Of a stretch of 64,000 bases of DNA, positions 19,569 to 28,514 are shown piece after piece. The stretch's first letter is position 1. Every line of letters begins with the position of its first letter. Both the position numbers and the translations under genes were made by a program. The notes under the pieces are model-generated. The model had not been told where the DNA came from, did no database searches, and worked only from the letters and a program-made list of their open reading frames with translations. Origin of the DNA: Chloroflexota bacterium (GTDB lineage: Bacteria; Chloroflexota; Dehalococcoidia; SHYB01). The stretch spans positions 1,588-65,587 of the forward strand of contig VGPF01000004.1 of assembly GCA_016875535.1 (NCBI GenBank), written 5' to 3'.

Positions 19569-19934
19569 TCACCCCCGCTTCCCCTCCAGATACCCCCTCA
19601 ACGCCTCGGCGTTGCTGTGCTGCGCATCCTTCGCCGCGAAGACCAGCGTCACATCGCCCTTCGCCAGCGCCTCCATGATCGGCCGCCACGTCGCCTCCTT
19701 CGCCTCAAGCTCCAGCGCGTATCTGCGCCGGAACTCCTCCCACTTCGCAGGCTCGTGCGCGAACCACTTCCGCAGCCCATCGCTCGGCGCGACCTCCCGC
19801 AGCCAGGCTTCGATCCGCGCCGATTCCCGAGAGACTCCCCTGGGCCACAGCCCGTCCACAAGGAACCGCCTCCCGTCCCTCGCCTCCGGCGCCTCGTAGA
19901 CCCGCTTCGTCCGTATGCTGTGCCGCTTCGCCAT
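19569..19934 (-). CDS. DUF488 (YeaO-like) family protein
   Basis: MAKRHSIRTKRVYEAP...LVDGLWPRG...LRKWF signature. Confidence 0.75.
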   Translation of the reverse strand: MAKRHSIRTKRVYEAPEARDGRRFLVDGLWPRGVSRESARIEAWLREVAPSDGLRKWFAHEPAKWEEFRRRYALELEAKEATWRPIMEALAKGDVTLVFAAKDAQHSNAEALRGYLEGKRG

Positions 19935-19980
19935 GGCGCTAGTCTACGCCCTCCGCGATGGAACGCCTATAATCTGCCCA

Positions 19981-20588
19981 TGCCCCTTCGCGAAGAAGAC
20001 CGCGCCCGTCGCGCCAAAGACGACCTCAAGTTCTGCGTCCTCTGCAAGCAATACCTCGCTCCCGCCGCCTGGGCGCAGCACGAGCACAACCCCGCTTCGC
20101 GCCCTCCTCCAAAACCGGGGACCGCGCCTAGATCCGCCGCGCTCACCTGCACCCTCCTCCTCGGCCCCTGCGCCATCGGCAACACCAGCGGCGTCATCGT
20201 CCTCGAAGGCCTCGAAATCTTCCGGCTCCGCCACCGGGGCGAAGACGGCCATATCGCCGTCAACATGGACCTCCGCGCGCGTGACGGCAAACCCCTCGCC
20301 AAAATCGAGCGCAACAGCCCGCTCCTCCTCGCGCCAGGCCTCTCCTTCGCCGCGGAAGGCCCCGCCGTTCGCATCGCCGATGCCTCCGGCGCGCTCCTCG
20401 CCTCCGCCACAGCCGATGGCGATTCCCTCCGCCTCACCGGCGATTTCTTCTCCGGCGGCCTTCGCCTCCACATCACCAACGATTCGGCAACCCTCGATGA
20501 TCAACCCCTCGCCCCGCCGCGACTCTACGGCCCAGGCACCGCCCTCCTCCTCCGCAAAGGCAAGCCCATCGCCTTCGCCAAGAGTTGA
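19981..20588 (+). CDS. Hypothetical protein (202 aa)
   Basis: High GC3 and balanced composition. The other two long ORFs here (19915..20613 + and 19944..20684 -) are low-complexity shadows. Confidence 0.5.
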
Positions 20589-20628
20589 TCCTCCCCATGC
20601 GGGACGGCCTTGATATAATCGCTCCGAT

Positions 20629-21912
20629 ATGCCTGGCTCACGAAGAAACCAGCGCTGCTTAGCGGTGTTCCTCGTCCTCTGCATGACGATTCTTCCCGCC
20701 TGTAGGAAGCAGTCCGGTTATGACATCCTCAAGCCTGTCGAGGGCACTCCATTCCCAAACTCTCTTCGCGCCAATGTCCAGATCTACGATCAACGCGTCT
20801 CGGAGATCCGAGGCCTCTCCCTCCAGACTCCTCCGGGCCGAAGACTAGTCTCACAAAAGAACCTCGATCTCATCGTGCAACAGTCTTTCATCTTCAGAGA
20901 CATCTCGGACGAAAAACGATTCAGCCAGATGCTGACCGCCCTCGGGCTGCTCCCACCCAGCGTAGACTTCTTCGATCTGATGAATAGCCTGGAAGGCAAA
21001 GCGCTCCTTGGATACTTTTACCCAAGCACCAACCAGATTTTCATCGTCCAACGCGGTCCATCTTTCACGCAAGCCGAGGAACAGGTCTACGTCCACGAGT
21101 ACCTCCATGCCCTGCAAGATGCGAATGCTCTCCTTCCTGATTTGCTCAGGCCCTATGGCGCAGACGCTGACGCTTCGCGTGCGGTGCTCGCGCTAATCGA
21201 AGGCGATGCGATGCTCACCGAAGGGCTCTATATGCAGCGGTTCTTGCCGGGTGACGCGATAGCCGTTGCTCCCAACAGCGACCTTGCCCCCCTCCTGGCT
21301 GAGGCTCCGCCTGTGCTGAGGGCCCTTGAACGGTTCGTATATGTTGACGGGTTGGCCTTTGTTACGGAGCTCCATCGTCGGGGCGGGTGGGAGGCTGTGA
21401 ACCGAGCCTATCAGGACCGCCCCGTCTCTTCGGAGCAGGTTCTGCACATCGAAAAATATCTCGCCCGCGAATCGCCGGTCGCCCTCAGGCCACCTAGCAT
21501 CCTCCTAAGCCGCGTGGACGCATGGCGCGTCGCAAGCGGAGGCGTTTTCGGCGAATTGCTCTACCGCACTCTGCTCGAAATCCATATCGGCCGGGATGCC
21601 GCGAGCCAAGCGGCCGCCGGATGGGGCACTGACAGCTATGTACACATGAAAGCAACCGGTGGAGAAACGGGAGAGGCGGTCGCGCTTGTGGCGAACTGGG
21701 ACACGCAGAATGATGCTCGCGAATTCTTCGAGGCCTATCGCGAGTCGTTGCGCGCCCAAGGCGCCTCCCCGGAAAGCTCGGGGAGCGACGTCAGAGCCGC
21801 GGCGGGCGGGCGCTACCACTACATCGGCATCAGGGACCGCCGCACCACCATCATCGTCGCAGACAGCCAAACCTCCGCCGACCATTTCATCCACGGACCC
21901 TGGAATCCCTAA
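20629..21912 (+). CDS. Lipoprotein with HExxH zinc-metallopeptidase-like motif (paralog 1)
   Basis: Lipobox ILPAC. VHEYLHALQD ... ALIEGDAML (HExxH...E). C-terminal WDTQNDAREFF and GGRYHYIGIRDRRTTIIVADS shared with paralog 2. Confidence 0.6.
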   Translation: MPGSRRNQRCLAVFLVLCMTILPACRKQSGYDILKPVEGTPFPNSLRANVQIYDQRVSEIRGLSLQTPPGRRLVSQKNLDLIVQQSFIFRDISDEKRFSQMLTALGLLPPSVDFFDLMNSLEGKALLGYFYPSTNQIFIVQRGPSFTQAEEQVYVHEYLHALQDANALLPDLLRPYGADADASRAVLALIEGDAMLTEGLYMQRFLPGDAIAVAPNSDLAPLLAEAPPVLRALERFVYVDGLAFVTELHRRGGWEAVNRAYQDRPVSSEQVLHIEKYLARESPVALRPPSILLSRVDAWRVASGGVFGELLYRTLLEIHIGRDAASQAAAGWGTDSYVHMKATGGETGEAVALVANWDTQNDAREFFEAYRESLRAQGASPESSGSDVRAAAGGRYHYIGIRDRRTTIIVADSQTSADHFIHGPWNP

Positions 21913-21993
21913 CGTACCCAGCCGTCAAAAACTGCTGGTCTCTTCACGGCGATCCATCCGGCACAGCTTCCCTCGCCTCTATCATGCGCCTCC

Positions 21994-22806
21994 TCACCGC
22001 CCTGTGAAGCCGTAGCCCATCTGCCGCAGGATATCCTCCGGCACGTGTTCGCCGCTCAGGCCGAACCGCTCCGGCTGACGCCCCTTCGGCAGGTAGAGCG
22101 TCTTGAAGACAAGGTCGGGCCAGACCAGCCCGCCAGAGAAGTTCTTGTCCAGTCCCTCATCCTGCGACGTATGGTGCCAGCGGTGAAAGACCGGCGTCGC
22201 GATGACATAGCGCAGCGGCCCGAAGCCCCACGGCACGTTCGCGTGGATGAAGATCGCATACAGCGTCAGCGCCGGCGCGGCAGCCGCCACCGCCGAGAAA
22301 TGGAAGCCGCACACCAAGAGCGGCGGCGCCTGGAGGAGGCGCATCCCCAGCTCGTTCACCGGGTGCACGCGAACGGAGGAGAGCCAGTCCACCCATTCGG
22401 AAAAGTGGTGGACGGCGTGGAACCGCCACAAGCGCTTCACCCGATGGAACCACCGGTGGCCCCAATAGCCCGCCAGGTCCAGCCACAGCACCACGATGGC
22501 CGATTGCGCCCACAGCGGCAGGCGGCTCACGGCATTCTCCCGCTCAAAAAAGCGGCGGATCCCTTCGCCCTCCGGCCTGCCGAAGGTTACTGCCACGATC
22601 GCCGCCGCCACGACCAGCGTGACCACCATCGCGATGCGACTCATGAACGGCGTCACGAACCACCACAGAATGTCCGTCGTCAGCGCATTCGGCGCGCGAG
22701 GACGCCTCGGTATCGCCGGCCACACCCGCTCGATACCATAGAACACCGCCCCCAGCGCCAAGAGGCCGATCACCAGCCCGATGAACGAAACGCCCAGGAA
22801 CGACAT
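21994..22806 (-). CDS. Fatty acid hydroxylase / sterol desaturase superfamily membrane protein
   Basis: His boxes HRWFHRV..FHAVHH and HRWHH. Confidence 0.75.
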   Translation of the reverse strand: MSFLGVSFIGLVIGLLALGAVFYGIERVWPAIPRRPRAPNALTTDILWWFVTPFMSRIAMVVTLVVAAAIVAVTFGRPEGEGIRRFFERENAVSRLPLWAQSAIVVLWLDLAGYWGHRWFHRVKRLWRFHAVHHFSEWVDWLSSVRVHPVNELGMRLLQAPPLLVCGFHFSAVAAAAPALTLYAIFIHANVPWGFGPLRYVIATPVFHRWHHTSQDEGLDKNFSGGLVWPDLVFKTLYLPKGRQPERFGLSGEHVPEDILRQMGYGFTGR

Positions 22807-23568
22807 GCCCCTATCCTATCGCCTCAGCGCGGGTCTTGCATGCTCCCAGGCGTGGAGTGTCTATCGCCCCGTTGCGGCGCTTCGAGTCCTTCGTGGATAC
22901 TCTCTTCCTCCCCGTTCCCTTCTCATCTCTGTGCCCTCCGTGGTAGACCCTCTTGTCCTCTCCCTACTTAACATTAGTACTTATCATTGAAGTAGAGGAA
23001 CGTATGGCGATACACCCTCAGCCTATGCCACAGAGTTCTGCAGAGCGGCCCCGTTGCGGGACGCCGCGCCGAATGGTACCCGGCGCTCAGCCCCCGCTTC
23101 GCACTCGCACTTGGCCTAGGCCCACGCGACGAAGGAAGATCGTACGATCTGTCCGTCTTGGACGACTCACACGCGGGCGTGACCGGCTGACCCATGTCGC
23201 CGAGGGCACTGTGGGGAAGTCGCGAGACTGCTATCGCGATGCCCTGTCCCACTGGGACGTTAAACGCCCGCACCTTTGCTGGACGCGTCCACCCATGGCA
23301 CACCGTCGGGCCCTCTGCAGCACACCTATCCCCACACCCATCACACCTGAAAGGAGAAACCACAGCGTAGGGGCGCGGGGCACGCGCCCTGGGTCCACCG
23401 AACGGGGCGCCCCCTCTGTCACCCTGAGGAGCGGCGATGGCAATTGCCACGACGAACGGGCCTACGCTGACTGGGCTGCCCCGCAACCCTAACTCACGCG
23501 CCCCGCGCCCCCGGTCGTCCCAAAACCCCCTGCCCGTCGTACTATGAATAGCTACGGCACCTACTCCT

Positions 23569-24936
23569 ATGCGCCTCCCAACCCACATCGCCATCCGCCT
23601 TGCGCTCCTGGGCGCGGCGCTCTCCTTGGCCCTTGCCGCCTGCCAGACGGTCAAGCCCACGCCGACGCCCACGCCCATCCCTGCGCCCACCCGTCCGGCG
23701 CCGGCGCCAACGCCGACCCCGATCCCGGATGCAGGACCCACGCCCACGGCCCGGCCTACGCCTACCCCGGTTATCGGCCTGCCATTCCCGCCGGACCTCC
23801 TTGAGCGCCTGAAGGTCACGGAGGAGCGCATCGTCAACATGCGGGGTCTCCAGCCGGCCGGGGAGCCGAAGCGAAAGCTGCTTACCAAAGAGAGCCTGGC
23901 CGAAAAGCTCCGCCGGGGTTTCGAATCGGAGGACGCCAAGGAGATGCAGACCGTCCAGGAGGTGCTGATCGCCCTGGGCCTGCTTTCTCCCGGGACCGAT
24001 CTCGCGGCCCTGCAGCTCAAGCAGCTCGGCGATGAGATCCTGGGCCTCTTCGACACCAAGACGGGCGACCTCTATATCGTGACCTCAGGCAAGACCTTCA
24101 GCCAGCTGGAGGAGATGACCCACGCCCACGAGTTCGTCCACGCCCTCCAGCAAGACCACTTCGATATCCACACGAAAGGCGATGCGCTGGAAGACGACTC
24201 CGAAGCCTCCGCCGCCCTCACCGCCCTCATCGAAGGCGATGCCACCCTGGCGGGACAGCTCTACGCCCAGGCCTTCCTCGACCCCCGGAAGATCAACGAA
24301 GAGGCCCGCGCCATCATCAGCACGATTGACCGCGCCTCCATCCCCTTCGTCCTGGAACAATCGCTCAACTTCCCCTATACGGACGGCCTGCTGTTCGCCG
24401 TTTACCTCTACCGCACCGGCGGCTGGAAGGCCATCAACGACGCCTACGCCGACCCGCCGAAGACGACGGAGCAGATCCTCCACCCGGAGAAATACACGAG
24501 CCGCGAGCCCGCCCTGGCGGTGACGCTGCCCGGCGGCCTAGCCGAGCGCCTGGGCGCGGGCTGGGTGCTTGCGGACACCGATTACATGGGCGAGCTCTCC
24601 TACCGCATCCTGCTGGACGCCCACCTGAGCCGGGCGGACGCGAACCGGGGCGCGGAGGGCTGGGGCGGCGATAGGCTCGCCTATTTCCGGGGGCCGAGCG
24701 GCGAAAAGGCCATCGCCATCCCCACGCGCTGGGACACGCAGAACGACGCGAAGGAGTTCTTCGATCTCTATGCGAAATCGCTCGAGGCGCAGAAGGGCCA
24801 GGCGCAGAAGACGCCCACCACCATCGCCGGCGCCGCCGGGGGCCGCTACCACTATCTCCGCATCACCGGCGATCGCACGCTCCTCATTATCGCGGACGAA
24901 GCCTCCCAGGCAGAGCGGCTTGCCGGGGGCTTCTAG
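23569..24936 (+). CDS. Lipoprotein with HExxH zinc-metallopeptidase-like motif (paralog 2, with PT linker)
   Basis: Lipobox LALAAC. PT-rich linker. HAHEFVHALQQ ... ALIEGDATL. WDTQNDAKEFF. GGRYHYLRITGDRTLLIIADE. Confidence 0.6.
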   Translation: MRLPTHIAIRLALLGAALSLALAACQTVKPTPTPTPIPAPTRPAPAPTPTPIPDAGPTPTARPTPTPVIGLPFPPDLLERLKVTEERIVNMRGLQPAGEPKRKLLTKESLAEKLRRGFESEDAKEMQTVQEVLIALGLLSPGTDLAALQLKQLGDEILGLFDTKTGDLYIVTSGKTFSQLEEMTHAHEFVHALQQDHFDIHTKGDALEDDSEASAALTALIEGDATLAGQLYAQAFLDPRKINEEARAIISTIDRASIPFVLEQSLNFPYTDGLLFAVYLYRTGGWKAINDAYADPPKTTEQILHPEKYTSREPALAVTLPGGLAERLGAGWVLADTDYMGELSYRILLDAHLSRADANRGAEGWGGDRLAYFRGPSGEKAIAIPTRWDTQNDAKEFFDLYAKSLEAQKGQAQKTPTTIAGAAGGRYHYLRITGDRTLLIIADEASQAERLAGGF

Positions 24937-24956
24937 CGCGCCATCCCTCCCGAACA

Positions 24957-24980
24957 AGAAGGCCCCGGTTGCCCGGGGCC
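24957..24980. terminator. Bidirectional terminator palindrome AAGGCCCCGG-ttgc-CCGGGGCCTT
   Basis: Perfect 10-bp palindrome between two convergent genes. Confidence 0.6.
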
Positions 24981-25010
24981 TTCCTCCATGATCAGTAAGA
25001 AATGCCTCTG

Positions 25011-25952
25011 CTAGCCCGCATGGGCACCGGCGTGGCCTTTGCCCTGGGGCTTGAGCTTGAGCGAGAGGAGAACGGAGACCGCCAGGATGCCCGCCACAAC
25101 GCCAAGGGAGAGCACGATGGGCGCCTTCCAGACGTCCGTCATCAGCATCTTCACGCCCACCCACGCCAGGATGACGGCCAGGCCATAGTGCAGGTAGTGG
25201 AACATCTGCAGGATGCCCGCCAGGGCGAAGTAAAGAGCGCGCAGGCCGAGGATGGCGAAGACGTTGGAGGTGTAGACGATGAAGGAGTCCGTGGTGATGG
25301 CAAGGATGGCGGGGATGGAGTCTATGGCGAAGATGAGGTCCGTGACCTCCACCACAAGCAGGACGATGAAGAGGGGAGTCGCCACCCGCTTGGCATTTTC
25401 GACGACGAAGAATTTCGCGCCGTGGTAGGTATCCGTCGTGGGGATGACCTTCTTGGCCAGGCGGATGACGGGATTCCTTTCCGGGTGGATCTCCCTGTCT
25501 TTATCCTTCACAAGGCGGTAGGCGCTGAAGATGAGAAAGCCGCCGAAGATGTAGATGACGAAGTGGAAGTTCTCCAGGAGGGTGATGCCGACGGCGATGA
25601 GGATGGCGCGCATCACCAGGGCGCCCAGGATGCCCCAGAAGAGGATGCGGTGCTGGTATTCGCCCGGCACCTTGAAGTAGGTGAAGATGAGGGCGAAGAC
25701 GAAGACGTTGTCCACGCTGAGCGACTTTTCGATGAGGTAGCCAGTGAGGAACTTGACGCCGTCGTCCGACCCGCGCCAGATGAAGATGCCGAGGTTGAAG
25801 AGGAGGGCGAGGCTGATCCAGACGGCGCTCCAGGCGATCGCCTCTTTAAAATGGACGACGTGAGCCTTGCGGTGGAAGACGCCGAGATCGAGGGCGAGGA
25901 CGCCGGTGACGACGCCGCCGAAGACGATCCAGAGAGCAAGTTCGGAGGACAA
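25011..25952 (-). CDS. TerC/Alx family integral membrane protein (TTG start)
   Basis: Typical TerC sequence throughout (…SLSVDNVFVF…DLIFAIDSIPA…). Confidence 0.85.
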   Translation of the reverse strand: MSSELALWIVFGGVVTGVLALDLGVFHRKAHVVHFKEAIAWSAVWISLALLFNLGIFIWRGSDDGVKFLTGYLIEKSLSVDNVFVFALIFTYFKVPGEYQHRILFWGILGALVMRAILIAVGITLLENFHFVIYIFGGFLIFSAYRLVKDKDREIHPERNPVIRLAKKVIPTTDTYHGAKFFVVENAKRVATPLFIVLLVVEVTDLIFAIDSIPAILAITTDSFIVYTSNVFAILGLRALYFALAGILQMFHYLHYGLAVILAWVGVKMLMTDVWKAPIVLSLGVVAGILAVSVLLSLKLKPQGKGHAGAHAG

Positions 25953-26267
25953 GCAGGGGCTCGCTTTCTTGGCTGCGCATGCCTGAGTATGGGCAGCGCC
26001 GAGCGCGGTTCGTTGGGGCGCTTATCGCCGACCCAACTGCCGGAGCGCGCGATCGCTGCGGGGCTATTCGGTTCGGACAGGTGAAGCGTGCTGCAACCAG
26101 CAAGCCTCAAACGCGTCTATTCTGCCAGATGCGGCGTCGCTCCGCCAGAGGTTGCAGACTGACTCGAGACGGCACCTCCCCATCTCCACACCTTAGGGCG
26201 TCACCGAAACCTCCGCCGCCCTGCTAGAATCGGAGCAGATGTCCCTCCTTAGGGAACCGGAGGCCGC

Positions 26268-26849
26268 ATGAACTGGCTCGATATCGTCATCCTGGTCATG
26301 ATTCTGCTCAGCGCCTATAAGGGCTGGAAGTCCGGCTTCATCAGGTCCGTCTTCCTTATCCTCGGCATCCTGCTGGCGGCCCTCATCGGCGCGCGGCTGA
26401 GCGAGCCCATCGCGTCCTGGGCGACGAACAGTGTGGAGAACGACGCGACGGCCACGGTGATCGCCTATGTGGTCATCGGCGCCATCGTCTTCATCGTCGT
26501 GCAGATCATCGGCGCGGCGATCCAGAAGTTCTTGAAGCTGGTCTTCCTGGGTTTCGTGGATAAGATCGCCGGGGCCGGGTTAGGCGCGCTGACGGGCGTC
26601 ATCGGGGCGGGCTTCCTGATCGCCGTCCTGGCGCGCCTGGCGGTGCTGGTGCCGGAGAGCGCGCCCCTGGCGGGTGAAGAGGTGACCAAGATACGCGAAG
26701 GGCTGACCAACACCCTTGTTGACTCGGCCTTTGTCCCTGTATATCTTAGTGCTGAGGAAAAACTCCCCGGCAACGCCTTCGGCATGGTGCCCGGAGACTT
26801 CCACGAGGCCTACGCGGAGCTGCGAGCCATCCGAGACGCAAGGGAGTGA
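26268..26849 (+). CDS. CvpA family membrane protein
   Basis: N-terminal MNWLDIVILVMILLSAYKGWKSGFIR is typical of CvpA. Confidence 0.75.
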   Translation: MNWLDIVILVMILLSAYKGWKSGFIRSVFLILGILLAALIGARLSEPIASWATNSVENDATATVIAYVVIGAIVFIVVQIIGAAIQKFLKLVFLGFVDKIAGAGLGALTGVIGAGFLIAVLARLAVLVPESAPLAGEEVTKIREGLTNTLVDSAFVPVYLSAEEKLPGNAFGMVPGDFHEAYAELRAIRDARE

Positions 26850-26868
26850 CACCGATCGGGCAGGCTGT

Positions 26869-27378
26869 ATGGGAACGAATACGCTCGTTCTGCTGCTGAA
26901 CCAAAACTACGAGCCGTTGAACGTCTGCAATGTGCGCCGCGCCCTTGTGCTCATTGATAAGGGCAAGGCCGAGATGGTGGAGAACGGGGCGGGAAGCCTG
27001 CGCACGGCGACGAGGATCTTCCACCTGCCCACAGTGGTGCGTCTTCGATACCACGTCCGCCGTCCCCTGCCGATGCGCCGCCTGACCCGGCGCGATGCCT
27101 TCATCCGCGATAAGCACCGCTGCCAGTATTGCGGCAACGAGGTGCGCCCGCTGACATTGGACCATGTTGTTCCCCGGGTGCGCGGCGGCAAGCATGAGTG
27201 GGAGAATGTGGTGACGGCGTGCATGGCGTGCAACCACCGGAAGGCGGGGCGCACGCCGAAGGAGGCGGGGATGACGTTGCTTTCGAAGCCGACGCGGCCC
27301 AGCACAACGCCGTACTCGCTCTTTGTGCCGTATCTGGATTCGCGGGCCGAGTGGCGGAAGTTCGTCTTCGCGGACTAG
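26869..27378 (+). CDS. HNH endonuclease (McrA-like)
   Basis: HNH motif CQYCG...LTLDHVVPRVRGG...ENVVTACMACNHRK. Confidence 0.8.
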   Translation: MGTNTLVLLLNQNYEPLNVCNVRRALVLIDKGKAEMVENGAGSLRTATRIFHLPTVVRLRYHVRRPLPMRRLTRRDAFIRDKHRCQYCGNEVRPLTLDHVVPRVRGGKHEWENVVTACMACNHRKAGRTPKEAGMTLLSKPTRPSTTPYSLFVPYLDSRAEWRKFVFAD

Positions 27379-27463
27379 CGGCGCGAGGGACGGCCTTCCG
27401 GCGCATGGCGCCGGCCCTTCGGAAAGGGCAGGCCGTCCCCTACCAGGAAGGATGTCGCATCCC

Positions 27464-28474
27464 CTAGGCGAAGCTCTTGGGCGCGAGGCCTTCGATGGTA
27501 TCGCGGAGCTGGTCGCGGGAGAGGCTGAAGGGCAGGAAGACGACCGGCGCGCTCACGCCTTGGGCCTCCATCTCCAGCATGCGCTCCTGGCAGCGCCGCC
27601 TAGGCCCCACGATGGCGATGGCGTCCACCATCGCATCGGTCACCAGGGCGGCGGCGCCCTTGCGATCGCGCTGGAGCCACAGCTCGCGGATGCGCTTGGC
27701 CTCTTCCACGTAGCCGTAGCGCTGCATGAGCTCGTTGTAGTACCTGCCCATCCCGCCGACGTAATAGGCCAGATGGCCGCGCGCGAGGTCGCGGGCCTGG
27801 GCCAGGTCGTCCGTGACGCAGCAGAGGAGCCACGGGGAAATGGCGACGGCGTCCAAGGGCCTGGCACGCCTGGCTGCGCCGGCCTGGAGCTGCCGCCGGA
27901 ACTCGGGCAGGTGGCCCAGGGAGAAGAAGACGGGGGACCAGCCATCGGCCACTTCGCCCACCATCTCGATATTCTTGGGCCCCATGGCGGCGACGTAGAT
28001 GGGGACCTTCCGGCGCGGCGGGTTGAACCTGAGCTGGAAGTCGCGGATCTTCACGAAGTTGCCGCTATAGTCGGCGCGCGCGCCGCTCAAAATAAGGTTG
28101 ATCGCTTCGATATATTCGCGGGTGCGGGCGACGGGCCTTTCGAAGGGGAGGCCGTGCCAATCGCGCACGACCTTCTCGCCGGAGGAGCCGAGGCCGAGGA
28201 TGGCGCGGCCCCCGGAGATCTCATCGAGGGAGGCGATGGTCTGGGCGATGAGGGCGGGCGTGCGGCTGAAGACGTTGACGATGCCGGTGGCGAGTTTGAT
28301 GCGGCTGGTGCTGCAGGCGATGTGGGTGAGGCCAGTGAAGACGTCCCGTCCCCAGGATTCGCCCATCCAAAGGGCGTCATAGCCCAGGGCTTCGGCGCGC
28401 TGGGCGAACTCGATGACGCGGGAGCGTGGCGCATGCTCCCCGATGCTCATCACTAGGCCCATGCGCGGCGGCAT
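27464..28474 (-). CDS. LLM-class flavin (F420)-dependent oxidoreductase
   Basis: Luciferase-like monooxygenase fold signatures. 336 aa. Confidence 0.8.
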   Translation of the reverse strand: MPPRMGLVMSIGEHAPRSRVIEFAQRAEALGYDALWMGESWGRDVFTGLTHIACSTSRIKLATGIVNVFSRTPALIAQTIASLDEISGGRAILGLGSSGEKVVRDWHGLPFERPVARTREYIEAINLILSGARADYSGNFVKIRDFQLRFNPPRRKVPIYVAAMGPKNIEMVGEVADGWSPVFFSLGHLPEFRRQLQAGAARRARPLDAVAISPWLLCCVTDDLAQARDLARGHLAYYVGGMGRYYNELMQRYGYVEEAKRIRELWLQRDRKGAAALVTDAMVDAIAIVGPRRRCQERMLEMEAQGVSAPVVFLPFSLSRDQLRDTIEGLAPKSFA

Positions 28475-28514
28475 GCGATCCTCCGGCCGAAAGGCGGCGC
28501 TTGCGAAAGGCTAG

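Noticed and set aside
19915-20684. Two additional long ORFs (19915..20613 + and 19944..20684 -) overlapping the 19981..20588 hypothetical gene.
   Set aside because: Ser/Pro/Ala and Gly/Glu/Ala low-complexity translations. Only the 19981 frame has balanced composition and strong GC3 bias. In addition, my base-by-base reading of 19920-20045 was offset by one base relative to the ORF track in two places, so I rely on the track coordinates there.
22974-24059. 361-aa minus-strand ORF spanning the 760-bp gap and the start of HExxH lipoprotein 2.
   Set aside because: Arg/Ser/Gly-rich low complexity. Antisense to the PT-linker region. No RBS or domain.
25002-26084. 360-aa plus-strand ORF antisense to terC (also 25613..26110 -).
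   Set aside because: Asp/Glu/Gly-rich shadow of a membrane-protein gene. TerC on the opposite strand is unambiguous.
27323-28456. 377-aa plus-strand ORF antisense to the LLM oxidoreductase. Likewise 28668..29726 + antisense to ricT, and 31445..32320 + antisense to lysA.
   Set aside because: Shadow ORFs. The opposite strands carry well-conserved enzymes.
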